Below are positions 1 to 12,968 of a stretch of DNA of 64,000 nucleotides, one piece after another; position 1 is the stretch's first letter, and every line of letters starts with the position of its first letter. Source of the stretch: Octopus sinensis (taxonomy: Eukaryota); NCBI RefSeq assembly GCF_006345805.1, contig NC_043010.1:23808001-23872000 (forward strand), written 5' to 3'. A program made the position numbers and the translations under genes. Under the pieces are notes generated by a model, which worked only from the letters and a program-made list of their open reading frames with translations, had not been told where the DNA came from and did not search any database.

Positions 1-177
1 ATTTTAATATTTATGAAACATAAAAATTTATAAATATAAATTAAGAATTTTAAATTTAAATAATTCAAATTTTAAATTTTATATATTTTGTATATTATAT
101 TAATTATGTTTATTTTTATGTTTTGGTTTATGTTTTAATCCTAAATTTAATTTTTCCCTGTAAGTTTGGATTTACTC

Positions 178-334
178 CCTATTATTATTATTATTATTAT
201 TTATTATTATTATATTATTATTATTATATTATTATTATTTATTATTTTATTATTATTATTATTTTATTATTAATTATTATTATTATTTTATTATTAATTA
301 TTATTATTATTATTTTATTATTTTATTATTATTA

Positions 335-366
<32 letters not shown>

Positions 367-396
367 ATTATTATTATTATTATTTTATTATTATTA

Positions 397-436
<40 letters not shown>

Positions 437-498
437 TTATTATTATTATTATTATTATTATATTATTATTATTTATTATTATTTTATTATTATTATTA

Positions 499-535
<37 letters not shown>

Positions 536-555
536 TATTATTATTATTATTATTT

Positions 556-587
<32 letters not shown>

Positions 588-602
588 ATTATTATTATTA
601 TA
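178..602. repeat. (TAT/ATT)n microsatellite, imperfect
   Basis: Read directly. It explains the spurious poly-Y/I/L ORF 123..731. Confidence 0.95.
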
Positions 603-777
603 ACATATATATGTTTGAAATGTGTGAGATCCTCGGTACAGTCAGGTATATTTGAAAAAAGAAAAAGAATGACTTCATCTGTAGTTCTAATAAGTTCAAT
701 TTATATTATTAAGAAATCAAAAAATAATTAATAAAACTGATTAGAAATACCAATGTAGTCATTCTCTTTCCTTTTTC

Positions 778-838
<61 letters not shown>

Positions 839-867
839 TTTATTTTAAGCAGCAGAAAATTCAACAA

Positions 868-912
868 AATCTGTTACTCTGAGTTTCTCGTTGCCGTTCA
901 TCAGACAGTTTT
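868..912 (-). ncRNA. Second copy of the minimal hammerhead, in the inverted repeat
   Basis: Reverse complement of 2836-2880. Confidence 0.7.
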
Positions 913-1343
913 TGCTAGAATGGAACTGATATATCAATTCAATCTATACTCTTAGAAACGCTACACCTTTAAAAAGAAATGGACTTGTTTGATTGGCCAT
1001 TTAGAAAAAACGGTCAATCTTCGAGCGATAAACAAAAAGGTCAAAAATATATGTATATATATATATAAAAAACTTATAAAAATTATAAAATCCGAGGAAA
1101 AAACCTTACATTGAATAAAATACATATTGACGTTAATGAAGAAAGTGCAAATTAATGCATAGAAATTAAACCTGTTATAAATATTACACTGCAATACATA
1201 ATTATATTAAAATCTACATATATATATCAACATACACAAAATTATGCGTGCAAACGCCATACATATACAGACGTATGAATATAAATCTAAATATACACAT
1301 AAAAGCATGTGTACATATATTCACGCAAAAACATCTCGCACGC

Positions 1344-1745
1344 TCCTGTCCGTTAGAAGGGAAATGTCTGGTGAAAGGAGTAGTTTATAGAGCCAAGGTG
1401 CAAGTGGAAGGCTCATCGGAATACACGACATACACAGGGGCTTCAGAAAATTCAATTAAAACAAGATTTTATTCTCATAAAAATTCATTTAAATACCCAG
1501 AGAATAGGAAGAAAACCAGCCTAGCAAAATATGTCTGGGAACTAAAAGAAAAGGAAGCCCCACCTTTCAACGTGACATGGAGTATTCTGGACAGGGCGGC
1601 ACCATACAGGCATGGAGCTTACAAAAATAATTTCAAGTGCAAGCTTTGTCTATTAGAAAAAATGTACATCTTATTCAAAGACAATAAATCTTTGAATCAA
1701 AGAAGCGAGCTAATGAACTTATGTAGGCACGCGGCAAAAATTTAA
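1344..1745 (+). pseudogene. C-terminal GIY-YIG endonuclease domain of a Penelope-like element (RT portion missing)
   Basis: CPLEGKCL..GVVYRA...YTGASENSIKTRFYSHKNSF...KCKLCLLEK...LNQRSELMNLCRH: VVY/YTG motifs, catalytic R and E, terminal LN. The first ~32 codons of ORF 1248..1745 come from the inverted repeat. Confidence 0.85.
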
Positions 1746-2403
1746 AATGTCGAATATAAATATACCATATGGATAGAGTATATATTTTGTATTTTTGATT
1801 TTGATTTTGACTCTTGAACGATGAGCGCTACGATGGATTTTGTTTCCAAGGAATGCGGATCTTAATCCGTATAGCAAAGTCTTATGTTTCTACATATATA
1901 TTAGGAAAAACCTCAACTTTTGTTTTCATGTTATTGTATTATATAGGTACCTTGATTATTTATATTACCTTAATATTATAAATGACCCAAAATAGGATGT
2001 TATATTTTATTTTATATGTCTTTCGTATATATTTTTATTAATGCACACCCATTTTTCTTTTAAAAAAAGCAATGTTTTTTAAAAAAAGCAATGTTGTCAA
2101 AATTAGAATGTTGATATAAGTATGTGCATAGCAAAGCATATGTATTTGTAAGCATGCGTATCTGTGTATGTGTAAGTGAAAGTATGTTTGTGCTTAAGCA
2201 CACATATACACGACTGTATCCATTCAAACTTATGTATGTATACTGGTCTCCATATATGCCATAATGCCGTTACACTGCTTGTATACATATTTTTTCTTAT
2301 TTCGTTTTTTTTCCCCACACCTCCTTCGTTCCTTTTTCTCTCTCCCTTTCTTTCGTTCCCCCTTACTCAGTATATGAGAATCGCTACATAGATCTTTTAA
2401 CTT

Positions 2404-2910
2404 GCGTGCGAGATGGTTTTGCGTGAATATATGTACACATGCTTTTATGTGTATATTTAGATTTATATTCATACGTCTGTATATGTATGGCGTTTGCACG
2501 CATAATTTTGTGTATGTTGATATATATATATGTAGATTTTAATATAATTATGTATTGCAGTGTAATATTTATAACAGGTTTAATTTCTATGCATTAATTT
2601 GCACTTTCTTATTAACGTCAATATGTATTTTATTCAATGTAAGGTTTTTTCCTCGGATTTTATAATTTTTATAAGTTTTTTATATATATACATACATATA
2701 TTTTTGACCTTTTTGTTTATCGCTTGAAGATTGACCGTTTTTTCTAAAGGGCCAATCAAACAAGTCCATTTCTTTTTAAAGGTGTAGCGTTTGTAAGAGT
2801 ATAGATTGAATTGATATATCAGTTCCATTCTAGCAAAAACTGTCTGATGAACGGCAACGAGAAACTCAGAGTAACAGATTTTGTTGAATTTTCTGCTGCT
2901 TAAAATAAAG
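2404..2910 (+). repeat. PLE pseudo-LTR; near-perfect inverted copy at 838-1343
   Basis: Reverse-complement match read by eye. Mirrored ORFs 1248+ / 2230- and 961- / 2634- confirm it. Confidence 0.95.
2836..2880 (+). ncRNA. Minimal type I hammerhead ribozyme in the PLE terminal repeat
   Basis: CTGT-CTGATGA-aCGgcaaCGa-GAAA-CTCaGAG-TA-ACAG: conserved CUGAUGA and GAAA boxes, GUA triplet, tiny palindromic stem III typical of PLE hammerheads. Confidence 0.75.
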
Positions 2911-2989
2911 CATATTACTCTACCACTGGTATTTGAGTACTCTTTTTTCCACCTTGTTTCACATTTATGTGTTTACTCCGGTATATATA

Positions 2990-3041
<52 letters not shown>

Positions 3042-3658
3042 TATTATATATATATATATATATAATAATTTTATATAATTAAATTACCCTTTTATTACTA
3101 TTGAAATAAAATTTACTCCCTGATCGAAAACTGCAGTTTCTGCGGGATTACTCGTAACACACGTAGACTTTGAAGATAAATACGTGTTCTCATTCGGCTG
3201 TATATTTTTAGAAGTGCTGGTTAAATATCAGTTATGCGATGACGCTTGATCGCATACATATTTAATGCTAACACTCTCAAATCTATATTTGAAATGCTAC
3301 ACTCATCAGGTGAAATAAGTAAGTAAATATAACTTTACTTTAATCCCGAAACACGTATGTAGCAATCTAAGTCGTGTGGATTCGTTATTTTTTCTCTTTG
3401 CCTACTGTATCCTATAGAAATATTGATTCTTCACATAGGTGACGATGTGTTTAATTAGCTTGATCTCAATACTCTACATATACGTTTTTAGCAAATCCAG
3501 AAGCACGAAAGACTAACCTCTTATCATCAAGAAATGAACTCAGAAAATCTAAATTCATTGCAAACGCTCTACCTATACTGCCAATTGATTTCTACAGTAT
3601 TTCTCGTATTGGAACAAGGTAGCACATTTACAAGGAATGGTATAATGTGTTAATTCGA

Positions 3659-3892
3659 GGCGGCGAGCTGGCAGAAACGTTAGCACACCGGGCGAAATGC
3701 TTAGCGGTATTTCCTCTGGCGTTACGTTCTGAGTTCAAATTTCGCCGAGGTCGATTTTGACTTTCATCCTTTCGGGGTCGATAAATTAAGTACCAGTGAT
3801 GCTCTGGGGTCGATGTAATCGACTTAATCCCTTTGTCGGTCCTTGTTTGTCCCCTCTGTGTTTAGCTCCTTGTGGGTAGTAAAGAAATAGGC
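3659..3892 (+). mobile_element. tRNA-derived SINE, family A (Meta-like central domain, Tx1-like 3' tail)
   Basis: A-box-like TGGCAGAAACGTTAG, B-box GAGTTCAAAT, central CTTTCATCCTTTCGGGGTCGATAAATTAAGTACCAG, tail TTGTCCCCTCTGTGTTTAGCTCCTTGTGGGTAGTAAA. Many copies in the window. Confidence 0.85.
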
Positions 3893-3997
3893 ATTTCGTC
3901 TGTGTGAGTTTGGATTTATTGATAATTATTATTGGGGTGCGTCTGTATAGTAACTGCAAGTTTCTATGGACTGTTTTTGTGTTATTTCCTGTCATAA

Positions 3998-4177
3998 TTA
4001 GAAATACCAGTGTAGTCATTCTCTTTCCTTATTCATATATATATATATAATTTTATATAATTAAATTTACCCTTTTATTACTATTGAAATAAAATTTACT
4101 CCCTGGTCGAAAACTGCAGTTTCTGCGGGATTACTCGTAATACACGTAGACTTTGAAGATAAATACGTGTTCTCATT
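3998..4177 (+). repeat. Uninterrupted copy of the ~180-bp segment split by the PLE (740-790 plus 3062-3194)
   Basis: TTAGAAATACCA.TGTAGTCATTCTCTTTCC-(TA)n-ATAATTTTATATAATTAAATT..CCCTTTTATTACTATTG...GTGTTCTCATT occurs in both places. Confidence 0.85.
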
Positions 4178-5271
4178 GTTCCTATTATAATTATTTGTGT
4201 GATAGTTTTCGTTCAAAACATATCGTGTGTTTTCCCCTGTGGGGGAAACGATTGCTGGCATGATGGTAAAAAGCGCATCTTCGTCTGGCAAAGAGCCGTC
4301 AACCGACAGGGAGGCAAATATGATTGAAAGTTTAATATTTGGCAATATTTCGGATTCTTCTGAAAGTGAATTTCCCCAATCATCAATGTGTACTGTTGCA
4401 AAGAGGAATATTGACGTGAAAACCCTTTAAACAGAAGAAAATATACAAAAAAGAAGTTTTACTTCGGCGCCTGGAGGTGGAACCCGCCAGCTGTCGATAA
4501 ACAAAAATGACCTGATAAAGTACAAAGATATGATAACAATTTCGGTGTCGATAAATTAAGTACCAGTTACGTATTGGGGTCATTCTAATCGACTGGCCTC
4601 CTCCCCCAAAATTTTGGGCTTGTGCCTAGAGTAGAAAATAATACGTTAATTCGATCCAGAAGATAGATCCTTCACTTTATTGAACTGAGAATCATGAGCA
4701 TGGCTGAAACCAAACTCCGATATTTAGATAAACACCGCTTTAATTTTGCAAGTCCACCGCTTTTGAGGAGTTAAAGTTTTGACTGAGAAATTTCACTATT
4801 GTCATGGTAACATCGCAGGATATATGTCTGCACTACTACGCTGGGGAAGTTCGCAACAACACATTAATCATAAGTTTTTCTGGACAGCCTAATATGGACT
4901 TGCGTCCGACATGGATATACATGGATCAACTGTCTAGTAAAAACTTCCATCGATTAGCTGCGAAGTCACCAGATGTCGGCTTTCTAACGCTGGTCAATGC
5001 AAAACGTGATCGGGTTGAGCGTCGTTATTGAATCAGGCAAATCAAAGCAATGGCGAACAGATGTTCATGCGCAAGAAGGCAGCATTCATATTTGTGACAC
5101 GAAATCGAGTCACAGATGGGAAAGAGAAGCTTTTCTTCTTTGCAAGTCATACATGACTGAAAATCACAAAATAAGAAAGTTGATGACAAACGCATTCCAT
5201 TCGTGGGTAATGAAAGACAGTTGCATTGCTAAGCTAGTACTGAAAGGTAGTGAATGCTGTTCTTTCAATTC

Positions 5272-5312
<41 letters not shown>

Positions 5313-5363
5313 CAACAACAACAACAACAATAATAATAATAATAATAATAATGGTGATGATGA

Positions 5364-5714
5364 TTTCATTTATTTACCACAAGGGCCAAGGATGAGGGGG
5401 ACAATACAGAGACAGACATAAAGTTTTGGGGGTTTACATATAATAATGAAATGGAAAGAAAAAGGTAAGTATACACGTATACACTGAAAAAGAAGGGACC
5501 TGAGCGTAACTTACATAGGTCAAAAAATGGCAGGGAGGATGATAGAGATGTGGCCCTCAAGATACAGGAACCCTCTAGGAATAATCGAGGAGCCCCTACT
5601 GTCTGATATTTCCCTGAAACCCTAGGAACAAGTACCCTTTCAAGTTCCTTCTCTCCGACTCACAGGTCTACACTTAGCAAGGTACCATCTGCTCGTGCCA
5701 TTTTTGCAACGTTC
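5364..5714 (-). mobile_element. Heavily 5'-truncated Tx1-like LINE (ORF2 C-terminus plus 3' UTR) within (AAT)n
   Basis: Minus-strand tail TGTATTGTCCCCCTCATCCTTGGCCCTTGTGGTAAATAAATG resembles the LINE tail at 62080-62127. Peptide NVAKMARADGT resembles the ORF2 end NVARKLRMDVT. Confidence 0.65.
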
Positions 5715-5764
5715 AATAATAATAATGATAATAATAATGATGTGGTAGCAACAGCAGTAGCGGC

Positions 5765-5846
<82 letters not shown>

Positions 5847-6215
5847 ATGTTGGTGAACGCCGTTATGGTTTCCAAAACTATTTTCATATTTCCTTTACAG
5901 CCTGGAGTAAGTTAGGAAGAACAAAAAAGTATTAAAGAAATAAATGAAACGACGAGATAGCGAAAGAAAGAACGAAGGAAAGAAAGAAAGAACGAACGAA
6001 AAGAAAAACAGAAAGAAAGAAAGAAAAATGTTTATTCTTCTTTCTGTAAATGAAATCAATTTGTCTGTGAACCTAAAAGCAAAAAGGTTTTCTCTAAAGC
6101 TCTGCAATCTACGCAGATATATCTACAAGACGTGAAGGAAGTGTTCTGATCTTCGGTCTAACTTTCAATTGAGAAGTTTTATATTCTGGCGGAAATGCAA
6201 AGATCACAAAAATAA

Positions 6216-6600
<385 letters not shown>

Positions 6601-7009
6601 TGGTAAAGAGAAACCAGGAGAAGGAGAAAAAGAATATTATAATTCTATTTCTCTTTCACTTATTTCTGAAAGAAAAATATTTCAGGTAGAACGCAACTAG
6701 AAACGCAGAAAAACAATATCCTGTTTATACATACGACGATGTATATGAAAACATACATACATGCATACATACATACATGCATACATGCATACATACATAC
6801 ATACATACATACATACATACATACATACATACATACATACATACATACATACATTACATATGTACATGCGTGCATGCATATACAAACACAGGCACAAACA
6901 CTCACACACACAAACACACATAAATATATATACACAAACAAACCTCCATATATATTCATAAGGATAGAAGGACCCAAACTTACATACACATATTAATATG
7001 CATATACTA

Positions 7010-7069
<60 letters not shown>

Positions 7070-7206
7070 ATTATATATTATATATATATATGTATGTATG
7101 TATTTATGTATGTTTGTATGTATGTATGTATGCATGTATGTATATATGTATATAACTATATTCATTGGTATCCATGGACGTATATTTTATATAGATATAT
7201 ATCTGG

Positions 7207-7260
<54 letters not shown>

Positions 7261-7379
7261 GATATATATACATATCACATCATATAATCAAGATAAACAT
7301 ACACTTCTGCTACATACAGTTACACATGTGTGAGTGTATATAAATATACAATATAATATATATAAATGTACATATATGG

Positions 7380-7432
<53 letters not shown>

Positions 7433-7586
7433 TTTATATTTATATATATATATATATATCAATCTATTTGTCCATCTGTTTATCTACCTACCTATCTATA
7501 TATCTATCTACTTACCTATCTATTTAGCCATCCATCTATCTAGAAAAACAGATGGACGGACAGACAGACAGTCAGATAGATAGACT

Positions 7587-7664
<78 letters not shown>

Positions 7665-8291
7665 GAGATAGATAGATAAGGATATATGTAAATTTGTATA
7701 TACTTATGTACGTAAGTTTGTATATACTTACGTATGTTTGTATGTATGTATGTATGTATATCTGAGTATCTTGCACATAGCGTCAGAAGACTTCATTCAG
7801 AAAAATATTGAATCGATTTCCTCAATAATTTCAATAAATCCTTTTTCCCCCTATTTATTTTTCTTTGTTATATTCCTTCTACTGTTTTCTTATTGTCTCC
7901 TTTGAAATGGAACTTTGGTATATTTAACTACATGTTTTGTTTGAACAGCAGTCTTTTATCTAAATTTTATATCTATCTACGAATACGTCACATGACGGCG
8001 TATATATACACATATACTAAAGTTCAATCACACACAGACACACACATATATGTGTGCGTGTGTATATATATATATATATATATAATATAATATATTATAT
8101 ATATATATTTATGATACATGTATATATATATATACATATACATACATATATATATATATATATATACATATATATATACACATACATACAATATAATATA
8201 TATGTATATACATACATATGTATATATATACATACATATTATATATATTATATATATAATATATTACATATATATATATATACATATATAT

Positions 8292-8325
<34 letters not shown>

Positions 8326-8336
8326 AATATATAATA

Positions 8337-8367
<31 letters not shown>

Positions 8368-8928
8368 AACACATATATATTTATGATATTGCATGAGAAT
8401 ATATGTTCACTAATAGTACAGGCGTTATGTTTTCTATAGATGAAGGTGAAAAATGTACAAAGTAAGAATTTGGAGAAGAACTAAAAAGATTGACTAAATA
8501 TTAAAGAAACGAATCTAAGTTTGGAATATAGAATTTGCCAGCCGTTTATAAATGAACACTTTTGTGTACGTGCTTTTGTGTGTGTATGTATGTGTGTGTG
8601 TGTGTGTGACTTTTAACCCCTGTATCCAAACCTGGAGTATTGTGTAAAGAGAGAGTCGATTCCAATTGATTAATTAAGTAACTGAATAGTTAATTATTAT
8701 TATCAAGGAACCGAGCTGGTAGAATCGTTAATGCGTCATAGAGAATGCTTAGCGCCATTCCATCCGTCTTTATTTTTCTGAGTTTCAATTTTATACTTAG
8801 CTTCTCATCTCTATAAATACCATTTAAGCAATGGGATTGATATAATTGATTTACACCCCCCACCCCACCCAGAAAATTGCTGGCCTCACGCCAAAATTTT
8901 CGAGAAATATTATTATCAATGCAGCGAA

Positions 8929-9605
8929 GGAGGTGAGCTGGCAGAAACGTTAGCACGCCGGAAGTTCTGGGTTCAAATTCCGCCGATGTCGACTTAGCCT
9001 TTCATCTTTTCGGGGTCGATAAATTAAGTACCAGTTATGCACTGGGGTCGATATAATCGACTTAATCCGTCTGTCTGTCCTTGTTTGTCCCCTCTGTATT
9101 TAGCCCCTTGTGGGTAGTAAACAAATAGGTATTTCATTTCGTCTGTCTTTACGTTCTGAGTTCAAATTCCGTCGAGGTCGACTTTGCCTTTCATCCATTC
9201 GGGGTCGATAAATTAAGTACTAGCTGCGTACTGGGGTCGATCTAATTGACTAGCCCTCTCCCCCAAAATTTCGGGCCTTGTGCCTAGAGTAGAAAAGAAT
9301 CGTTAGCGCGCTGAACAAATGCTTACGTTCTGATTTCAAATTCTGCCGATGGCGACTTTGCCTTTATTCCTTTCAGGATCGATAAATTAAGAACTAGATG
9401 AATACTGGGGTCGATATAATCGATTCATCCCCACTTCCCCCAAGCCGCCCTTGTGGCAAATTTTAAAATAGGTATTATCAATGCAGCGAGCTGGCAAAAT
9501 CGTTAGCGTGTCGAACAAAATAATTCACATCATTAATTCCGAATCATTACGTTCTGCATTCAAATATCGCAAATATCATCTTTGTCTTTTATCCGTCGGG
9601 GTCGA
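8929..9605 (+). mobile_element. Cluster of tandem/partial family A SINEs with two alternative 3' tails
   Basis: Repeated central domain. Tail 1 ...GCCCCTTGTGGGTAGTAAA (to ~9125); tail 2 ...CCCCCAAAATTTCGGGCCTTGTGCCTAGAGTAGAAAAGAAT (to 9300). Confidence 0.8.
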
Positions 9606-9937
9606 TGAAAATTGATCAGAATTATTGACATTTAAGATACTTAAGGTGTGTGCGTTCCCAGCCTGTCAAACTAGAGTAGTGGATAATGGAATAGGGTCGG
9701 GAATATAAGAATTAAAAGCATTAATATCCTTGAAATTTCCTTACCCCATGCGACTCCATCAACAAAGGCCATTTATGATAGAATTTACTTGAATATTCAA
9801 GAACGTAGGTGCTAAGCATGTCAGTTGACTCTACCAAGTTGTTTTGCGGGGCAGCTGCCGTCACTCAACTTAGTTCCTCTTATTGTAACAATATTTACAT
9901 ATATATAACAATATATTTTAGTATAATCTGATAGTGT

Positions 9938-10135
9938 GTGGAGGCGTGTGTGTGGACCGGGCGACGCGTTGCGTTCTTGAGCAAAATACTTCATTTCATG
10001 TTGCTCCAGTCCCCTCATCTGGCAAAAATGAGTAACACTGCGATGGACTGGCGTCCCGTCCAGCTGGGTAACACATACGCCATAGAAACCAGGAAACCGG
10101 GCCCATGAGCCTGGCTAGGCTTTAAAAGGGCGCAT
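9938..10135 (+). mobile_element. tRNA/CORE-type SINE, family B (internally deleted)
   Basis: CORE-like GTTCTTGAGCAAAATACTTCATTTCA. Tail GAAACCGGGCCCATGAGCCTGGCTAGGCTT is shared with 20066-20367(-). Confidence 0.7.
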
Positions 10136-11544
10136 TTATTTTATTTTTATAATCATATAGTATACTTTCTAAAGCTCCTCTGCAGATATCGGCTACCAAA
10201 TGCTATAATGATGTGGGACCTCTTGTGTTACTGCACATACATGCGGAAATCCTTAAAATCCGTAATGTTTATACAAACATATTAATAAAAGAAGATAAAT
10301 ATGTAACAATACATACCTATATATGTGAATATGTATATAGGTATATATGAATACGTGTATATATGAATATATACATACGTTATGCCATACAGGTGTGTGG
10401 CTTAATAGCTCGGGCATTCGACACAACATCGTTTGATCATGAGTTGATTCCAAGCAACCTGTTGTGTCCTTGAGGAGACACTTTTTTGCACGTTGGTCCA
10501 GTCCACGAACCTAGCAAAAATGAATTGTACTTGTAATTCAAAGGGCCAGCTTCGTCACACTCCGTATCAGATGGAATCTCCCCGAGAACTACGTTACGGA
10601 TACGTGTTTCTGTAAAGTGCTCAACCTCTTTCAGGCTACTTTCACGTTGATTGGATCAACTAGAGCGCACGTCATCATAACCGACGGAAAGTAAGGCCAT
10701 AAGTATGTGTGTGTGCATGCATGTGTATGTGTGTATATGTATGTTTGTATGAATGTATGTATGAGTGCGTGTGTGTGTGTGTATGTGTGTTTGTATGTAT
10801 TTATTTGTGTATGTATGAGTGCGTGTGTGTGTATGTGTGTGTATATATGCAGGTATGAGTGCATGTGTGCATGTACGTGTATGCATGTGTGCGAATGTGT
10901 GTGTTTGTATGTATTTATTTGTGTATGTATTAGTGCGTGTGTGTATATGTGTGTGTGTATGTGTAGGTATGAGTGCGTGTGTGTAAGTATCTATGTAATT
11001 ATGCATGTTTCTAACGCTGCCTCTTTATGTGTATGATTAGGTGAATTTGCGTGTGTTACTTTATGTGTGAGTATGTGAGCGGTGTGCGCACACGTGTGTG
11101 TGCGCGCGCGTGCGTGTATATGTGTGTGTGTATGTGTTTGTGTGTGTTTGTGCACGCATGGGTGTATTTATGTAAGTGCTTGATACATCATAATCCAACA
11201 CTGAAGGCAAAAATTGGAGTTAAATGTTTGCTGCTGAGAAAATAATCGTTGCTTTTGCATGAAATCTATTCAAAAACAATCCTGAAATCCAGGCAACGTT
11301 TTATCCGGCACTTGGATTGAAAACTCCAGCCTGCAGCTCAAACTTTTGGCCACAAATCTCCATTGTTGCAACAGCTTATCGCCAGTGAAACCGTTTTAAT
11401 TAGGTTAGAATACATTTACAACTTTTCATTCGTTACCTTTGTATCAAATATATCTGGCATCTGAAGGATCTCCGTCGTGTTCGAAGATCGATGAAATTAC
11501 TTGCTTCTGTTTCTAACGTGTAACTGGCGGAGAATCTCTTATGT

Positions 11545-11905
11545 TTTACTTGTTTTAGCCATTTGACTGCGCCCATGTTGTAGCACTGCCTTTTAGGAAA
11601 TTTTTGTTTTGGTTATTTTCTGTGTTTTAGGAAAATGAAACGAACCCGCTACTTACTGTATTCTTTCAAGCCTGGTACGTATTCCATCGATTATTTTGGC
11701 CGAACCACTAGGTTACGGGAACATGAGCACACCAACGTCGAGTGTCAAGCGGTAAAGGAGGACAAACACAGACACAAAGACACACACACATTATATACTA
11801 CAGGCTTCACATTATATATAACAGGCTTGTTTCGGTTTCCGCCTACCAAATCCACTTACATGACTTTGATTAGCCGAGGCTATAGCAGAAGATATTTGTG
11901 CCAAA
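11545..11905 (-). mobile_element. Degenerate SINE, family C
   Basis: Similar to 25240-25645 and 27381-27575 (TTACTTGTTT..GCCATTTGACTGCG, CTACCAAATCCACT). Confidence 0.65.
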
Positions 11906-12367
11906 CAGTCGGACTCGATCTACATTAAAATTACACGTATTTGAGGAATACTCAACTAATTCAACCTTAATTTCTTAAGGCAGGATCTGTATGACACATA
12001 GGGTGGATAATGTTGAAACATGAATTATATAAGAATCCATCCAGCGAGCTTCTCAACAGTTTCCCTCTCTTAGATTTCATTATCAAGATACAGGTAGTAC
12101 TGAAACTAAAGAAAACATCTACCCAAGATGCGGACTTAGCAATTCGGTAAGGGAGAACCAGTAGAATAAATACCTGGGGGTCAATGTAAACACACCAAGT
12201 ATGGCCGCAGTCAAATGTCTGCAACAAAACACAACAGAACAAATGATATCTGATTTCTTTTCCAAATGTTTGCCTTAACCTTTTTGTTGGCACCTTATAA
12301 TTCTCAATTATTTATCTTAAACAAGCTCATTAACGAAAGCTATCATTCCTTAAGGCGTTTGTTGTTA

Positions 12368-12589
12368 CAGTAATCCCTCGACTATCGCGGGTGTTACGTT
12401 CCAAAACCCCCGCCATAAGTGAAAATCTGCGATGTAGAAACACTACGCTACTGTATATCTTTTAAAAATTATTTTTATAATTTGTATATATTTATTTTAC
12501 TATAAAGGCAAAATAACACCACGGAGGAATCAACTTAAGCTTAAATGATAAACCGCGATAGGTGAACCGTGATATGGCAAGGGGTTACA

Positions 12590-12590
<1 letters not shown>
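12368..12590. mobile_element. Tigger/pogo-like MITE
   Basis: TA|CAGTAATCCCTCGACTATCGCGG ... CCGTGATATGGCAAGGGGTTACAG|TA: imperfect TIRs with TA flanks. Confidence 0.65.
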
Positions 12591-12634
<44 letters not shown>

Positions 12635-12679
12635 TATAGATATAGATAAGATACATATACATATATATACACATATGTA

Positions 12680-12724
<45 letters not shown>

Positions 12725-12760
12725 TATATATATATATATTATTTAAATATATATATAATA

Positions 12761-12840
12761 TGTTATTTAAATATTTAGCATGTCCTTTGATTAATTTTAA
12801 TCTTTCAGTTTTACATACATACATACATACATATATAAAT

Positions 12841-12925
<85 letters not shown>

Positions 12926-12928
12926 ATT

Positions 12929-12968
<40 letters not shown>

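Larger units (their letters stand above)
838..2981 (+). mobile_element. 5'-truncated Penelope-like retroelement (PLE) with an inverted copy of its 3' terminal repeat at the 5' end, inserted in (TA)n
   Basis: GIY-YIG endonuclease ORF at 1344-1745; ~506-bp inverted repeat 838-1343 / 2404-2910; hammerhead motif inside the repeat; (TA)n tracts on both sides. Confidence 0.85.
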
